Origin: a virus
Direction: 5' to 3' (one strand)
Virus record (IMG/VR): IMGVR_UViG_3300045256_000058
Location: 82,348 to 146,347 of that record
Length of the DNA stretch: 64,000 nt
Position 1 is the first letter of the stretch, and every line of letters begins with the position of its first letter. A program made the translations under genes and the position numbers. Under the pieces are notes generated by a model. That model had not been told where the DNA came from, made no database searches, and saw only the letters and a list, made by a program, of their open reading frames with translations. Below, piece by piece: positions 20,284 through 31,826 of the stretch.

Positions 20284-23200
20284 AGAAACGAGAGGACGCT
20301 CCTGCTGCTCACGCCCCAGTTGCATCAGATGAAGCGCTTTACAACAAGGATGACCCCCGACATGAGGAAGCTGTGCAAATGTATAATCACATCGCTTCTC
20401 AAGCTGAACCAGATGAAGTGTTTATGTACACACTTCTTGAACCAGTAGAAGGTGCTGTTGATATTTCTACATCAAAACAGAAATGAAACGAAGTCATTCA
20501 CGACATTCGTATCCAATAGGTAAGCACATTCCAATTTCGGCAGTTCGTCCTGCTTCAAAACTATCTTGCCGATATGAAAGATTGCTCCCTCAATTTCGGC
20601 ACTCTACGCAAGAGCAACGTAGAGCCATCAAAAGAATGCACACTCGAAAAAACAGATACACCCTTCGTCATGAAACAACAAGCTACGAACCCGCTGATTG
20701 GTAAGCGATTTAAGTTCAATCACAACGGAGTGACGGAAACTGCTGAGATTTTTCAGCATAATATTCGTCCTCAAGGTAATACTTACGGAGTAATCATTCT
20801 TCGTGACCCTGATTTACCTCTTTCTACCTCTAACTCCAAATGGTTTTTCTCGATTCCAGAAGATAGAGCGCAAGAGATTGTAAGTCGATTAGTCGTCCTA
20901 TCGCTATCGCCAAATCAACCTTCTAAAAAGAAAAAGAAAGTCATTACTGTAGGTAGTAGAAAGTGAGCTATATCTATCTTGCAGGTCAACAGGATACTCT
21001 CACATTTGCTCCAAACGTATTCTATGCCTCCTGTGATGAGCAGGAAGTAATGAGTAGGGCAAGAGAGTACCTTGATTCTTTACCTTCTGGCAGCAGAGTG
21101 GTAGTTCATCGTATTGAACTGAACACTCAAAATCCCCAAAAAGCAATGATTTTTCAAGGGTTAAAGTAATGAAACGTGGTAAAAAGATTGAAGCTGCGTT
21201 ACAAAGACGCAAAAAAGCTTGGCAATTAATGCAAACTGATGCCTCTTGGCGTGGGGATGCGTTTCGCAAACACGGTATTGAAGGCTTTCGTGAGCCTGGT
21301 TCTCGTAAATTTCGCGGTTAAGTAAATCTATTGTTGTTGTTGAGGTCAAAATATGTTACGCACTGACAATTATCGAGTTAAGTTTCATCACGTTGAATTT
21401 GCCAAACGTGATAAAAATGTTCCGGGTGAATATCGTGCAAAGCGTGGAACAATTGCAAAAATCTATCCTGCTCCTGCTCCTGGGGTTCAATTAGGTGAGC
21501 CTATCGTAGTAGGTTGGGCAGCTTGTTCACCCAAAGAAAAAACCTTCAATAAGGCAATCGGTCGATTTCTATCACTCTTTCGTGCATTACAAATTCACGG
21601 TTTTGATAGAGCCGCAAAGAAGGAAATCATGAATGCTTTCTGGGAAACCACACCTCCTTCAAAAGTCTTTAACGATTCTGGTCTGTCCGAGTTCGACTAT
21701 TAACTCTCACTGCAAACACTAAATTTACCGGAGATTACTATGCCACTCAATTTGAAAATGTTCAAGCCTGTTCTCGGTGTCAAAAAAGTAACGAAAGAAG
21801 CAGGTGTTCTACCTGAAACTCTTCTTACTGTTGAAGAGGCTGAGAAACTTGCTGAAGGAAATGCGTTTGTTCGAGCTTTTCTGGATGACGATGATGTAGA
21901 TGAAGCCAGCGTAATGTCCATCGCCACTGGTTTCAGCTACCGATTCAGCAAAAAATTCACACCTGAATTTAAGGCAAAACACGCCCATGCAATGCTCGAT
22001 GAACTTCTAAGTCGCATGGAGAAAGAAAGCATGGGTATGAGTCAAGCGCTGGATGCTGTTCAAGATATTGGCGAAGGATTCCGATTCAAGAGCGAATGAG
22101 GTAAACTTATGTTACGCGATTTAGGACTGATGGCTATTTTCTTCCTTCTAGGATGGAAAGCTGGCGACCAAATTGTTGAAAAAATGACTGGCTTTGCTAA
22201 GTCTGTTTCTGACGAAATCAAAAAACAACAAGATTCGTAGGACTAACCGATGAAACCGATTCGAGTTCATGTCAATATCACCAATGAAGACATTAGAACA
22301 GGTGAGATTGCTCATGCTGGTAAGTGTCCGTTAGCTTATGCTTCTGCAAGGGCATTGGCTGAGAATGAAGAGATTCCCGCTTGTGAAGTTCGAGTAATTG
22401 AATCACTTTATTTCTACTATGATTTGGAAACAAAAAGCAAGTGGATTAAGGTGGCTGAGTTACCCCAGCAAGTAAAAGAATGGGTATCTCGATTTGATAG
22501 CAAAAAGCAAGTTGAACCGATTGCGTTTGACATCGATGTTTACTTGCCTACTCAGAATGAATTGGATTCCAAAACGGAATTCATTTATGACCGAAAGTTG
22601 AACTAATCTATGAACGTATTACCTCTCTCAGAACACAATATACAGTTACTTAGCCAGTTTTATGACTATTGGGTAGCTGTTGAAGAAGTAATTTCACATA
22701 ATGCTTCTCTTTACATTAAGTTAAGAGATGATATTGTGTCTGACCTTCCTAAACCTCTGAGAGGGGTAGTTCACGTTCTTAACGGGACATAAAGTTATGA
22801 AAGTTTATACATATAATGAACGCTTTTTTAACGAGTTGGAAAATGTAGACGATAACGTTGTTGAATCACGACTCGTTCCTTTTGGTACGCTTTCGGTTGG
22901 AACTAAATTTATACTTCCTAATACAAAAACTAAAAAGTATCGTGGTAATACTCATTCAATAGATATTAGAACTACTGAGCCAATAGAAACAGTAACAACT
23001 GTGTCATCGGTTTACGGAGCAATAAATACTGCTATTAAATATAAATATGAAACAAAAACTAAGTTTCAACCTTATATTTATGTAAAGATTTCTCCAAGAA
23101 AAAGACCGAATTACGGCTTTGAGTATAACGCTAAGATAGATAGACACTCTTACAATCGAGAATATCTCTCAGGTTTTATTTCTGACGATACTTTAGTTCT

Positions 23201-24302
23201 ACCACTTGACAAGAGGGAATGAAATGTTTAGTATTAGGTTAGGTGATTTCAGGATAACGATTGAAAATGCAAAGCTTCAACCTGACCCCGGTACAGTACT
23301 CCGGTCAAAAGTACACAATCGATGCAGTCCCACTAGGCGCAAAGCGAAATGGCGGAAATCTGTCTCTCGTCTCGGCTCCAAAGGGGTTAGGAAATGGTGA
23401 GTACATTACTCTTGAAACATCGGGTACTGGAAGACCGAAAATCAGCAGAGCTAATTATGACTCAGATTTACCTGTGTCTTGGTTAGCTAAACTATCTGCA
23501 AAGAACAAACAGGCTCTAGGTAAAGGGATTATTTACATTCCTCGCATTGACTTTCATACCGTACAGATTCTTTCCTACGGGGTTGGTTACTATAATCCAA
23601 CTAAATCTGAAGGGTATTTAGAGTTATTGCTTCATGTAAAACCTTCTCCTGGTTATTCGATTCCAATCATTGTTGACGATGGTTGTCCTGTTTGTTATGA
23701 GAGCAATCGAAGAAATATTCGAGGATATGTATTCAGCACTGCGGAAGTTGCAATATTAGATTTCGAGACACTTTACGGACTTACTGATATTAGCTCTCTC
23801 GATACACCAAGCAACTCGTATATAAAGCTGAGTATTGATTCATTACCAGAGGTTCAAAATGCCGCGTAAAACAATGCGACCTTCTCAAGAGGAGATTTTA
23901 GAGCAACAACGTGCAGAGTACGCTCAATTTTATGCAATGCTTCCTTGTTCTATTATTCAATTAATGGGTGAAGCAGAAAGAGTTGGGATTTCAGCCGTTG
24001 TCCATAAGTACGAAAACGGTAAGTTAAGTGTAACTTTTGAATTCGCACAAGTTCAGTTTGAAGTTCCTTTATGGGATATGAGTTCAACAGTGGGTAATCA
24101 ACTTTCTATCGAGGGTGAAACTCATTGGTCACAACGGGACGCTGTACAAGCTGTAATCAATGCAATTGAAGATTACAAATATGAGCTAGAGCAAGAACAT
24201 CAACAAGAGAAACTCTATCACTCTGCTCTTTCCAAATTAACTCCCGAAGAAGCTCATATTCTTCAAGAAAGATTTATGAGACTTGGTAGATGCTTAGTGT
24301 AA
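20280..24302 (+). other. Run of hypothetical genes (20280-20486, 20483-20704, 20670-20966, 20963-21169, 21169-21321, 21353-21703, 21740-22099, 22250-22606, 22610-22792, 22797-23222, 23267-23869, 23859-24302)
   Basis: Closely packed + strand ORFs; no domains recognised. Confidence 0.7.
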
Positions 24303-24760
24303 TTGAAGGAGATATTACCAAATTGAATCACTCGTTTGGTATTATCCACGTTGTTAATGATTCGGGTGTATTTAATGCTGGTGTTGCTAAAGCTATTGCA
24401 CAAGAGTTTCCAGTTGCAAAACAAGCATATCTAGCGAAGACTGAATACACCCTCGGTAATATTCAATGTGTGCCCGTTCTAAACCTCGATGAGGACAAAA
24501 GAATGGGCTTTATTGTAAATATGATTTCTCAACATGGTTACGGTAATCCTAAGAAAACTGGAAAAGTTTACCTAGATTATCAAGCTTTTGAGAAGTGTAT
24601 TTCTAAAGTTGTCTATTGGTGGTCAGGTGTAATGTATAAACCTTTTCCACTGTATGCTCCGTATGGCATGGGAGCAGGATACGCTGGTGGTGATTGGGAA
24701 AAAATACTAGATATACTTGAATATCATTTACCTGAATTAACTTTGGTTAAAAAGATATGA
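24290..24760 (+). CDS. Macrodomain protein (ADP-ribose processing)
   Basis: 'IEGDIT', 'IIHVVND.GVFNAGVAKAIAQEFP', 'PYGMGAGYAGGDW'. Confidence 0.9.
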   Translation: MLSVIEGDITKLNHSFGIIHVVNDSGVFNAGVAKAIAQEFPVAKQAYLAKTEYTLGNIQCVPVLNLDEDKRMGFIVNMISQHGYGNPKKTGKVYLDYQAFEKCISKVVYWWSGVMYKPFPLYAPYGMGAGYAGGDWEKILDILEYHLPELTLVKKI

Positions 24761-25608
24761 AAATTCAGAGTAACTTTAAGGACTATTACGATAATGTACT
24801 TGTATATGGAACGGATGCTGAGTTAATTTACAAAAGATTTACTACAGTAATTCATGAAATTCCATCTGAAGTAATTGAATTTATTAATACTATTCCAAAA
24901 GGAAGCATTCATTATAGTTCTCGTAAAAGTCTAGTGCCTAGAGTATTAGGCTTTGCTGGAAAGTTATATCCTCTCTGGGAGTTTGAAAATGACCCGAAGA
25001 ATATAATAGAGAATGGATGGGAGCATGGAACAGTATTTTATAACTCGGATAGTATTCTTAAGGGACTTTACACTGAATTAGCAGAAGTTGATTCTAAATA
25101 TGCAACTATGCCCGCTATTGGTGCTAGTCACAAGAAGTACCTCAGTTTAGCCATATCTAGTTTTCTAACTATTCCTAGTTATAACTGGAAATCTTTGGAT
25201 GACCCATCTAGCGGGTATCCTAGTTCTCCTCGAAAACACAAGATTGACAAATTTCTAGAATCTAATTTCGGTAAGAAAGTTTCGGATTCAATATTTCAAG
25301 ACTTAGGTGTTCCAGTATTTCTGGTTATTCCTACTTCTAGATACGGAGCTAGAGAAAAAAACCAACTAATTCTAAATCCTAAGTTAGAAAATATTGGAGT
25401 GCCGCAATTTATCGATTCATATACTGCTTACCAAGAGCTAAGTATGTATGTCGGTGGTGTTCTCACAACTGAAAAAGAGATTGTAAAGATTACTGACGAC
25501 AAAATTCTAGCTGCTAAACATGGTTATGATAAACATTCTTTTCGTCAAGTTGCTCCAGGTGAGAAAAAAGCACGACGAAAATTGAATAGGGAGAGAAAGA
25601 AAAAATGA
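24757..25608 (+). CDS. Hypothetical phage protein
   Basis: 283 aa; 'MKIQSNFKDYYD' start and 'LNPKL...DSYTAYQELSMYVG...HGYDKHSFR' end resemble a common large-phage family. Confidence 0.75.
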   Translation: MKIQSNFKDYYDNVLVYGTDAELIYKRFTTVIHEIPSEVIEFINTIPKGSIHYSSRKSLVPRVLGFAGKLYPLWEFENDPKNIIENGWEHGTVFYNSDSILKGLYTELAEVDSKYATMPAIGASHKKYLSLAISSFLTIPSYNWKSLDDPSSGYPSSPRKHKIDKFLESNFGKKVSDSIFQDLGVPVFLVIPTSRYGAREKNQLILNPKLENIGVPQFIDSYTAYQELSMYVGGVLTTEKEIVKITDDKILAAKHGYDKHSFRQVAPGEKKARRKLNRERKKK

Positions 25609-25792
25609 GTTTACCCTTCGTTAGATATAGAATTGATATTGATATTCCTCCTACTTTTACGGAGGCTGAGAAAGATAAGGTAACTGAAATTCTTTCTCAT
25701 TTGGACTTAGAGCATGAATTGGAAAGATTTCTTTACGATAAGATTCTAAAGTACTTTCATGCTGAAATTGACGTTGAAGAGGTTTATAAGTA

Positions 25793-26260
25793 ATGAAAGT
25801 ACAAATTCACTCCAGACAATCTGTGGTAACTTCACTTCCACCAGGAACACAGTATGCGATTATTTCAATTACTGACCCTGAAAGCACCTTTGCATTGACT
25901 CCTACTACTCCATCTAGGGCTGCATTACATCTTAAGTTTCACGATGTAGAAGAAAGTTGGGGTTCAGGATACCGTGTAATTAGCGATGAGCAAGCAGAAG
26001 CAATTGCGGCTTTCGTAAAAGCGGTAAAAGATGATGTCGATTTGTTCGTAATTAACTGTGATGCAGGTATTTCTAGAAGCTCTGCGACTGCTGCTGTTGT
26101 TTCGGAATATTTGGGACTGGATACTTTGTGGATTCTTCAGAATTCTCATTATTTTCCCAATGCAACGGTAATGAGAAAACTTCGTAAGGCTTTTGGTATT
26201 GATTTGCAATCCTACTTAGAGGGACAACAATATGTTAGTGAGCAGTCACAGTCCGAATAG
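25793..26260 (+). CDS. Protein-tyrosine/dual-specificity phosphatase-like protein
   Basis: CX5R loop 'NCDAGISRS', 'IISITDP', 'FHD', 'FPN'. Confidence 0.85.
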   Translation: MKVQIHSRQSVVTSLPPGTQYAIISITDPESTFALTPTTPSRAALHLKFHDVEESWGSGYRVISDEQAEAIAAFVKAVKDDVDLFVINCDAGISRSSATAAVVSEYLGLDTLWILQNSHYFPNATVMRKLRKAFGIDLQSYLEGQQYVSEQSQSE

Positions 26261-27179
26261 ATTAATCGTAAAGAATCTAACCATCGGTGATTTACTTTCT
26301 GAGGTGGAGTTTAGCGAGGATGACTTACCTACTCCAGAATATTATGAATCAGAGATTGCCGCTACTGTTGCTGGATTACTTTACAAATTTCCAACAGGGA
26401 CATTAGTGGGTACTTATCTAGATGAAAGTAACACTAAGTATAATATCAATATTGTTGGATACGATAAGATTAGATTTCTTCATCTATTCGTAAACAAAAA
26501 TATAAAACTTAGTGAAGATTCACATCTAATGCCTCAACACAGACAAAAGACTTTCATGGATTTATCTATGGAAGATAGAAATCTAATTCTTCAAAAAAGA
26601 GTAGATGTCTATTTGATTCCACATGAAGACGACAATGCACATGACTTTTTTGAGTCAGTAATGTACTATCACTTTCAATAGGAGCTAACAATGGAAGAAT
26701 TAGAACTAGAACAGATTCAAACAGATGAATCTCAACCCGTTAATGATGCTGATTTACTAAAGCAATTTGAACACTATTCTGCTGCTCAATTATTGCTCGG
26801 TAGCAAGTTGGCTGAAGCCTTTAAGACTCACCCCAATTCAGCCTCTATCGTTGATTCGATGTCTGCTCGTATCCCTGATGGCGAGGATTTAGATTTCTAC
26901 GATGGTATTGCCGCTGGATTACTTTACGCAGCATTAGTCATTCAATCTAATGAATGGGAAGATGAAATGCTAGGGAATCTGTCGCTAATGCTAACTGCAT
27001 TAAGTGAATATACGGATACCCCTGGTTTGGATTTACTGCATGAGTCTGAAGTATTAGCACTTCTTCGTCAAGTTCCTGATTTGGATGAGAATTACGACGA
27101 AACAATGCAAGAGATTAACGCAATGCTCGATTCAGAAGGTCTGGAACTCGAAACTGAGTTGTTTTCCAACGAAGAATAG
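26232..27179 (+). other. Two hypothetical genes (26232-26681; acidic 26691-27179)
   Basis: Consecutive + strand ORFs. Confidence 0.7.
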
Positions 27180-27216
27180 AGTAGAATGATATAGGGGAGT
27201 TCTTACTTCCCTTTTT

Positions 27217-27290
27217 CCCCTCTTCGTTCAATGGATTCAGGACACGGTGCTTCTAACGCTGGAATAGAGGTTCGACTCCTCTAGAGGGGG
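27217..27290 (+). tRNA. tRNA-Arg(TCT)
   Basis: Acceptor CCCCTCT/AGAGGGG; anticodon arm CGGTG-CTTCTAA-CGCTG; T-arm AGAGG-TTCGACT-CCTCT. Confidence 0.9.
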
Positions 27291-27311
27291 TTTTATATTG
27301 CGGAGAATATT

Positions 27312-27917
27312 ATGGAAAGCGACTTCGATGATAACATTGACGCTCAGTTTTCTGTGAGTGAAAATGGAGATTTGCTTCTTAATGAAAAAGGTGAAACTAA
27401 GTTAAAGGAATTAAAATTACCTTTACAGCCTGCAACTAGAAAAGTATTTTTAAGGTCATTAGGTTTACCTGCTAAAGAATTTCTGGAGTGGAAAGAAAAC
27501 AAAAAACCGGAAATTAATGATTCTTTGGTTTTTAATGGTGCAGAATATTACGAGATAAAAAGACTTCAGTTTCAAATCGAACCTATTATTTATAAGTTCA
27601 TTTGGAATATGTTTAGAATCTCCCATAAAGATGTTCTTATGATTGTTTATTATGACACTTATTTAGATGAAGATGATACAAAAAGATTATCTTTACCTGG
27701 AGTAGAATTAATGAACAGAATGAGAGATATTGTTCCAGATTATTTAGTTAGAAACGGATTTGTAATTCATGTGGATATTAAAGGGCAACGAGGTTTTGAC
27801 CCTGATATGATTACCGATGAGTTACGAATTCATATTCTAAGTGATGGCTCTAAACCCACAGTAGTAAATCATTGGCGTAGAAAAGATAAAGATGACGACT
27901 TCGAGAAGCCTTTCTAG
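27312..27917 (+). CDS. Hypothetical protein with acidic C-terminus DDDFEKPF
   Basis: 201-aa ORF, GGAG RBS. Confidence 0.75.
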   Translation: MESDFDDNIDAQFSVSENGDLLLNEKGETKLKELKLPLQPATRKVFLRSLGLPAKEFLEWKENKKPEINDSLVFNGAEYYEIKRLQFQIEPIIYKFIWNMFRISHKDVLMIVYYDTYLDEDDTKRLSLPGVELMNRMRDIVPDYLVRNGFVIHVDIKGQRGFDPDMITDELRIHILSDGSKPTVVNHWRRKDKDDDFEKPF

Positions 27918-27919
27918 CT

Positions 27920-28252
27920 ATGGAAAACTATACTCCTAAACACACATTCTTTAGTTCGTTTTTTCGTGACATTCCGGTACACATACATACGAAAGCTAGT
28001 ATAGACGCAAAAAAGTATGTTCAAGCTGTATATGCTTACCATAAAGACGACTATATTAGAAAAGTAATTGTTGTTCCGCATAGAAGGAAAGACGGAATAC
28101 TAACTGAGTTAGAGGTAAGAGTTAGCTACCTAGATAAACGTAGTGTTGTCGAAGCAACTAAACAATGTGAAGCAGCAATATACTATGACGTTCTTATAGA
28201 TGAACAAGTGAAGCGTAATGGTGTCCGATATGTAGATTGTTGGGAACTATGA
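27920..28252 (+). CDS. Hypothetical protein
   Basis: 110-aa ORF. Confidence 0.7.
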   Translation: MENYTPKHTFFSSFFRDIPVHIHTKASIDAKKYVQAVYAYHKDDYIRKVIVVPHRRKDGILTELEVRVSYLDKRSVVEATKQCEAAIYYDVLIDEQVKRNGVRYVDCWEL

Positions 28253-28890
28253 ATATATTTCAAACTTGTCAGAGTCCTGTAGTAGCTGCTAATTGGTTGT
28301 GTAAGGAGCATTTACATAAAATGCCCGTAGAGAGTGCCCAATTACTTTCCACAGGACTTCACGAACTCAGCAACGATAGCTACGAGTTCCTAATTAATGA
28401 AGTTGGTATCTATAAACCAGTTCATGTTGGTCATCCCTCTAGACTCTGGATTTCTGAATCTCCGAACAATTTTGCTTGGCTAATTAATCATGCAACTCGG
28501 ATGTTTGGTATTCGTAAATCGATTGGTAGAAAAGAGCATAAAAGCGAAGCAATCATACAGCGAATCTTTCAGTATTTCTCTGAAAATATGATGGAACTTC
28601 GATTCAAAGAATCAGGAGTAACTCCTATTCTATTTGCTTTTGGTGATGGTACTAAACCAGATAAATTTCTAGACATTAAGCAACAGTTTGGAAATATTAT
28701 TCGTCCCGCTACCAAAACTACTCAAGATTTGTATAGAGCTAATTCTTTTGATGAAGGCTATCTAGCTTATCAAGAGTATATTCGTAGAAAACAGTTTGAA
28801 CCTACTACTAAATATGGTAGGGAGCATCACATTCTTCGTAGACCTACGTGGGTAAACGATACGCCTCCTAAATGGTACTATCCAGTATGA
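28249..28890 (+). CDS. Pyrimidine-dimer DNA glycosylase / DenV-like protein
   Basis: 'MNIF...CKEHLHKMPVESAQLLST...YKPVHVGHPSRLW...N..WL..H' and C-terminal 'PPKW'. Confidence 0.8.
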   Translation: MNIFQTCQSPVVAANWLCKEHLHKMPVESAQLLSTGLHELSNDSYEFLINEVGIYKPVHVGHPSRLWISESPNNFAWLINHATRMFGIRKSIGRKEHKSEAIIQRIFQYFSENMMELRFKESGVTPILFAFGDGTKPDKFLDIKQQFGNIIRPATKTTQDLYRANSFDEGYLAYQEYIRRKQFEPTTKYGREHHILRRPTWVNDTPPKWYYPV

Positions 28891-29889
28891 CTGATGAATC
28901 CTGTAAAGTTCTGCTTAAAAAAGTAGCAGCACTTCTTAATAAGATTGACGACATGATGGCTTATCACGAAGCGATAGAGTTACTAGCTAATACTGAAGAA
29001 TATTTAGGGTTAGAAAATCTAGTACATGATATTCTCATGCGGAGAGAGAGTAATGGCGATTCCTAAAGAAGTCGGTCACTATATTTATTCCAGCGGAGTA
29101 CTTATCGACTTAATGAATCAAGGTGCTTTTCCAGGTACTATGACTCTTGATGAGTTAATGGAGCAAGATGAATATGTTTATGCTGTTGTAGCTGGTCAAC
29201 ATCTATTTGAAGTAATTGATGAGATTAAAGACTCCCAATTAAAAGCTGATATTGAAGAATTGAAGGAAAGGATTGTTTATTTCTAACTATGTCTATTAAA
29301 CGTATGTCTATTAAACGAACTCAAGATAATTTTGTTAGAGTCTCTTTCTATGATGAATCTTTATCAGATGCTTTAAGAAATTTAGCAGATTACATAGAAA
29401 GTAATAAATATAATGCTTACTACACAATGACCTCGAACTATAATGTCGAGTTACATAAGTGGGAAGTAATTGTATTCTTCATTCCAAATCCAGTCAAATA
29501 GGAGTAAATATGTCATCTAAATCATTAGTACCGATTCACGCAGCTAAATTGAGACGAATGGCTCAAAATACTCTCGATTCGATACCTCAGTTTCGTGAGC
29601 AAGCATTAAATGACTATCTTCAAGATATTTTGAAATCAAGAAATAAAGACCGTACTGGTAAAGGTATCTTTGGAAGATTTAATAAACCTTATTCTTCAGT
29701 TGAAGATATGCGTGAAAAAGGTGGTATGAGTGACTCTGATGACCTTATCTATCAATGGATGAAAAGCAATTTATTCAAAGATGATGAAAGAATTGCGCGA
29801 CAGTTATTACGTGCAGCAAATACATCTCCTGACAAAGAGATTCTTGTTTCCGTGAGCGATTTAGCATATCTCGTTTCAGATGTCAAGGC

Positions 29890-29919
29890 TTGACTTTCCA
29901 CTTTTTTCCATGCTAAGAT
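29890..29919 (+). promoter_or_regulatory. sigma70-type promoter
   Basis: TTGACT-18bp-TAAGAT with TGn extension. Confidence 0.55.
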
Positions 29920-30335
29920 GCGTTGGGGGACTGGAAAGGAGGCGACGGTTCCTAAACACACTCTTATTCTTAGTATGAAAATTAGGTTTTACAAAGCTCC
30001 ATTTCAAATGTTACCGGACATTATAGAGATAGAAACATATTATGAATCGATTCACTTATGGTTCTTTCCTCTAAGACGTAAAAATTTTACTTGGTTAAGA
30101 ATTTCAGTTTTCAAAGCGAGGAAATAATGTATTTCGATTTCTCTCCTGCTCCTTACAGGTTCCATAAATTCTTACCTGATGTAATAGATGTCAGTATTAA
30201 GAATCTGTACTTCGGTTTTTATTTCTATCCATTTTCACAATGGTTATGGAACGGATTCGGTTATCAAGTTAGAAGTAAAAAGGATTTCACTCTATTTTTT
30301 CCTTCGATGAGCGTAGTAATAAATTGGTGAACACA

Positions 30336-30598
30336 ATGAGAATTCGTCTTTTACCTGCTGTCAAAACACACGAACCCGATGAAATTCATGTTCTGTTCAA
30401 TTCGGTAGAAATAACTCTCAAGCAATTGATTTTGCTTTCTACCCAGTAACAGCTATCACACCACAATTTGAATTTCATTCACTAGGATACGGATACTTTC
30501 ATCTCTATCTTCCATTAACCGATGTTTATATTAGTTTAGGAAGAGAATGGGCAGAAAAGTACATGAGTTTTCTCAATCTTTTCAAATTGGGAAGATAG
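30336..30598 (+). pseudogene. Frameshifted third copy of a small paralog family (with 29974-30127 and 30127-30330)
   Basis: MRIRLLPAVKTHEPDEIHV continues in another frame as SVQFGRNNSQAIDFAFYPV...FHLYLPLTDVYISL, which aligns with the paralog 'PDVIDVSI..FYFYPF...FTLFFPSMSVVINW'. Confidence 0.55.
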
Positions 30599-31038
30599 GA
30601 GAAACATTAATGAGAGATTACTTTGAAAGTTTAGGTTTTCAAGTATATTCTCTTAACAAAAAAGAACAAAAAGAATACCTTTATGATTTACGAATATCTA
30701 AAGGTAATCGAATTTATGGGGTTGAAGTAAAAACCGAGTTGAAAGGTGAGCAAACGGGTAATATCTTTTACGAAACAGAAGTAGATGGTAAACCTGGATG
30801 GACTCAAAAATATTCAGATGATTCTAAAGTTGTAATTGTATGGGTATTACCTATTTCTCTTAAAGCATATATGCTTCCAGCTTCTAAGTTACTCGAAATA
30901 CCTTATGAAGACTATGAAAAGAGAGAAGTATTAAATCCTAGATATTCAGCAATTGGATATAAAGTTCCTCTTTCAATCGTAAAACCACTCTGTAAAGAAA
31001 TCGATTTAAGTAAATTTGCGGAGAATTTAGCGGCATGA
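30547..31038 (+). CDS. PD-(D/E)XK endonuclease-like protein
   Basis: 'GKIGE', 'YDLRI...GVEVKTE...TGNIFYET...PGW'. Confidence 0.75.
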   Translation: MGRKVHEFSQSFQIGKIGETLMRDYFESLGFQVYSLNKKEQKEYLYDLRISKGNRIYGVEVKTELKGEQTGNIFYETEVDGKPGWTQKYSDDSKVVIVWVLPISLKAYMLPASKLLEIPYEDYEKREVLNPRYSAIGYKVPLSIVKPLCKEIDLSKFAENLAA

Positions 31039-31463
31039 GTGATACTATCACGCACAGTGTTTATGAAGACATATATAAACAGTATGCGTCGGATGAAAGT
31101 ACAGACTATGTTCTTGTTAAATATGACGTTACCGTAGGTGATGCGGATTTTGATGTCACAGGTCTTGCATTGATAAAACTTTCAGATTGGCTAGACCTAG
31201 TAGAAAATGTTCGCCAACATTATGCTAACGATGGCAGAGTATTGGCTGACCGTTTTGGTGAATCAGATTTTGTTGAATTCGACACATTTGATGATTGGGT
31301 ATCAAGTTATTCTATTACTTTAGTTCGTAATGGAGATTACGAGGTACTTAGTAAATACATTCGACCAGGATATAACAGTTCATTCTATTATCCAGAGGAT
31401 TTAGAAACTGATGAACACATTAAGTGGATGGAAGAACATGGATACTACAGCAAGCAAGACTAA
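31035..31463 (+). CDS. Acidic hypothetical protein (paralog of the next gene)
   Basis: 'YVLVKYD...D.DV.G...W...HY...EFDTFDDWVSSY...FYYPED'. Confidence 0.75.
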   Translation: MSDTITHSVYEDIYKQYASDESTDYVLVKYDVTVGDADFDVTGLALIKLSDWLDLVENVRQHYANDGRVLADRFGESDFVEFDTFDDWVSSYSITLVRNGDYEVLSKYIRPGYNSSFYYPEDLETDEHIKWMEEHGYYSKQD

Positions 31464-31791
31464 ATACGTTCTTGTTTCCTATGAGGGAGATTGGGCAGAT
31501 GAAGTAACCGTAAAAGGTTTTATGGCTACTACGTTTGATGCTTGGCAAGAAACTATGGAAGAAGTGAAAGAACACTTCGATAAAGGCGGCACTTTAAGTC
31601 ATAGTATTGGTAGTAACGAAGAGATTGAATACGACCAGTATAGGTCTTGGATTAGTGATTACAAAGTTCGACCTTTATCTGAAGAAGAGTTTCAAGCTTT
31701 TCAATTGGTAAAATCTCTTACTAATGATGACTTAGACTATCACTTTTACTATCCTGACATTGACGCTTACTTCGAGGAAGATGACTACTAA
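31438..31791 (+). CDS. Acidic hypothetical protein (paralog of the previous gene)
   Basis: 'YVLVSYE...DEVTVKG...W...HF...EYDQYRSWISDY...FYYPD'. Confidence 0.75.
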   Translation: MDTTASKTKYVLVSYEGDWADEVTVKGFMATTFDAWQETMEEVKEHFDKGGTLSHSIGSNEEIEYDQYRSWISDYKVRPLSEEEFQAFQLVKSLTNDDLDYHFYYPDIDAYFEEDDY

Positions 31792-31797
31792 TACGGA

Positions 31798-31826
31798 TTG
31801 ACATAGAAAACATTCTCCTCTATACT
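31798..31826 (+). promoter_or_regulatory. Near-consensus sigma70 promoter
   Basis: TTGACA-17bp-TATACT. Confidence 0.85.
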
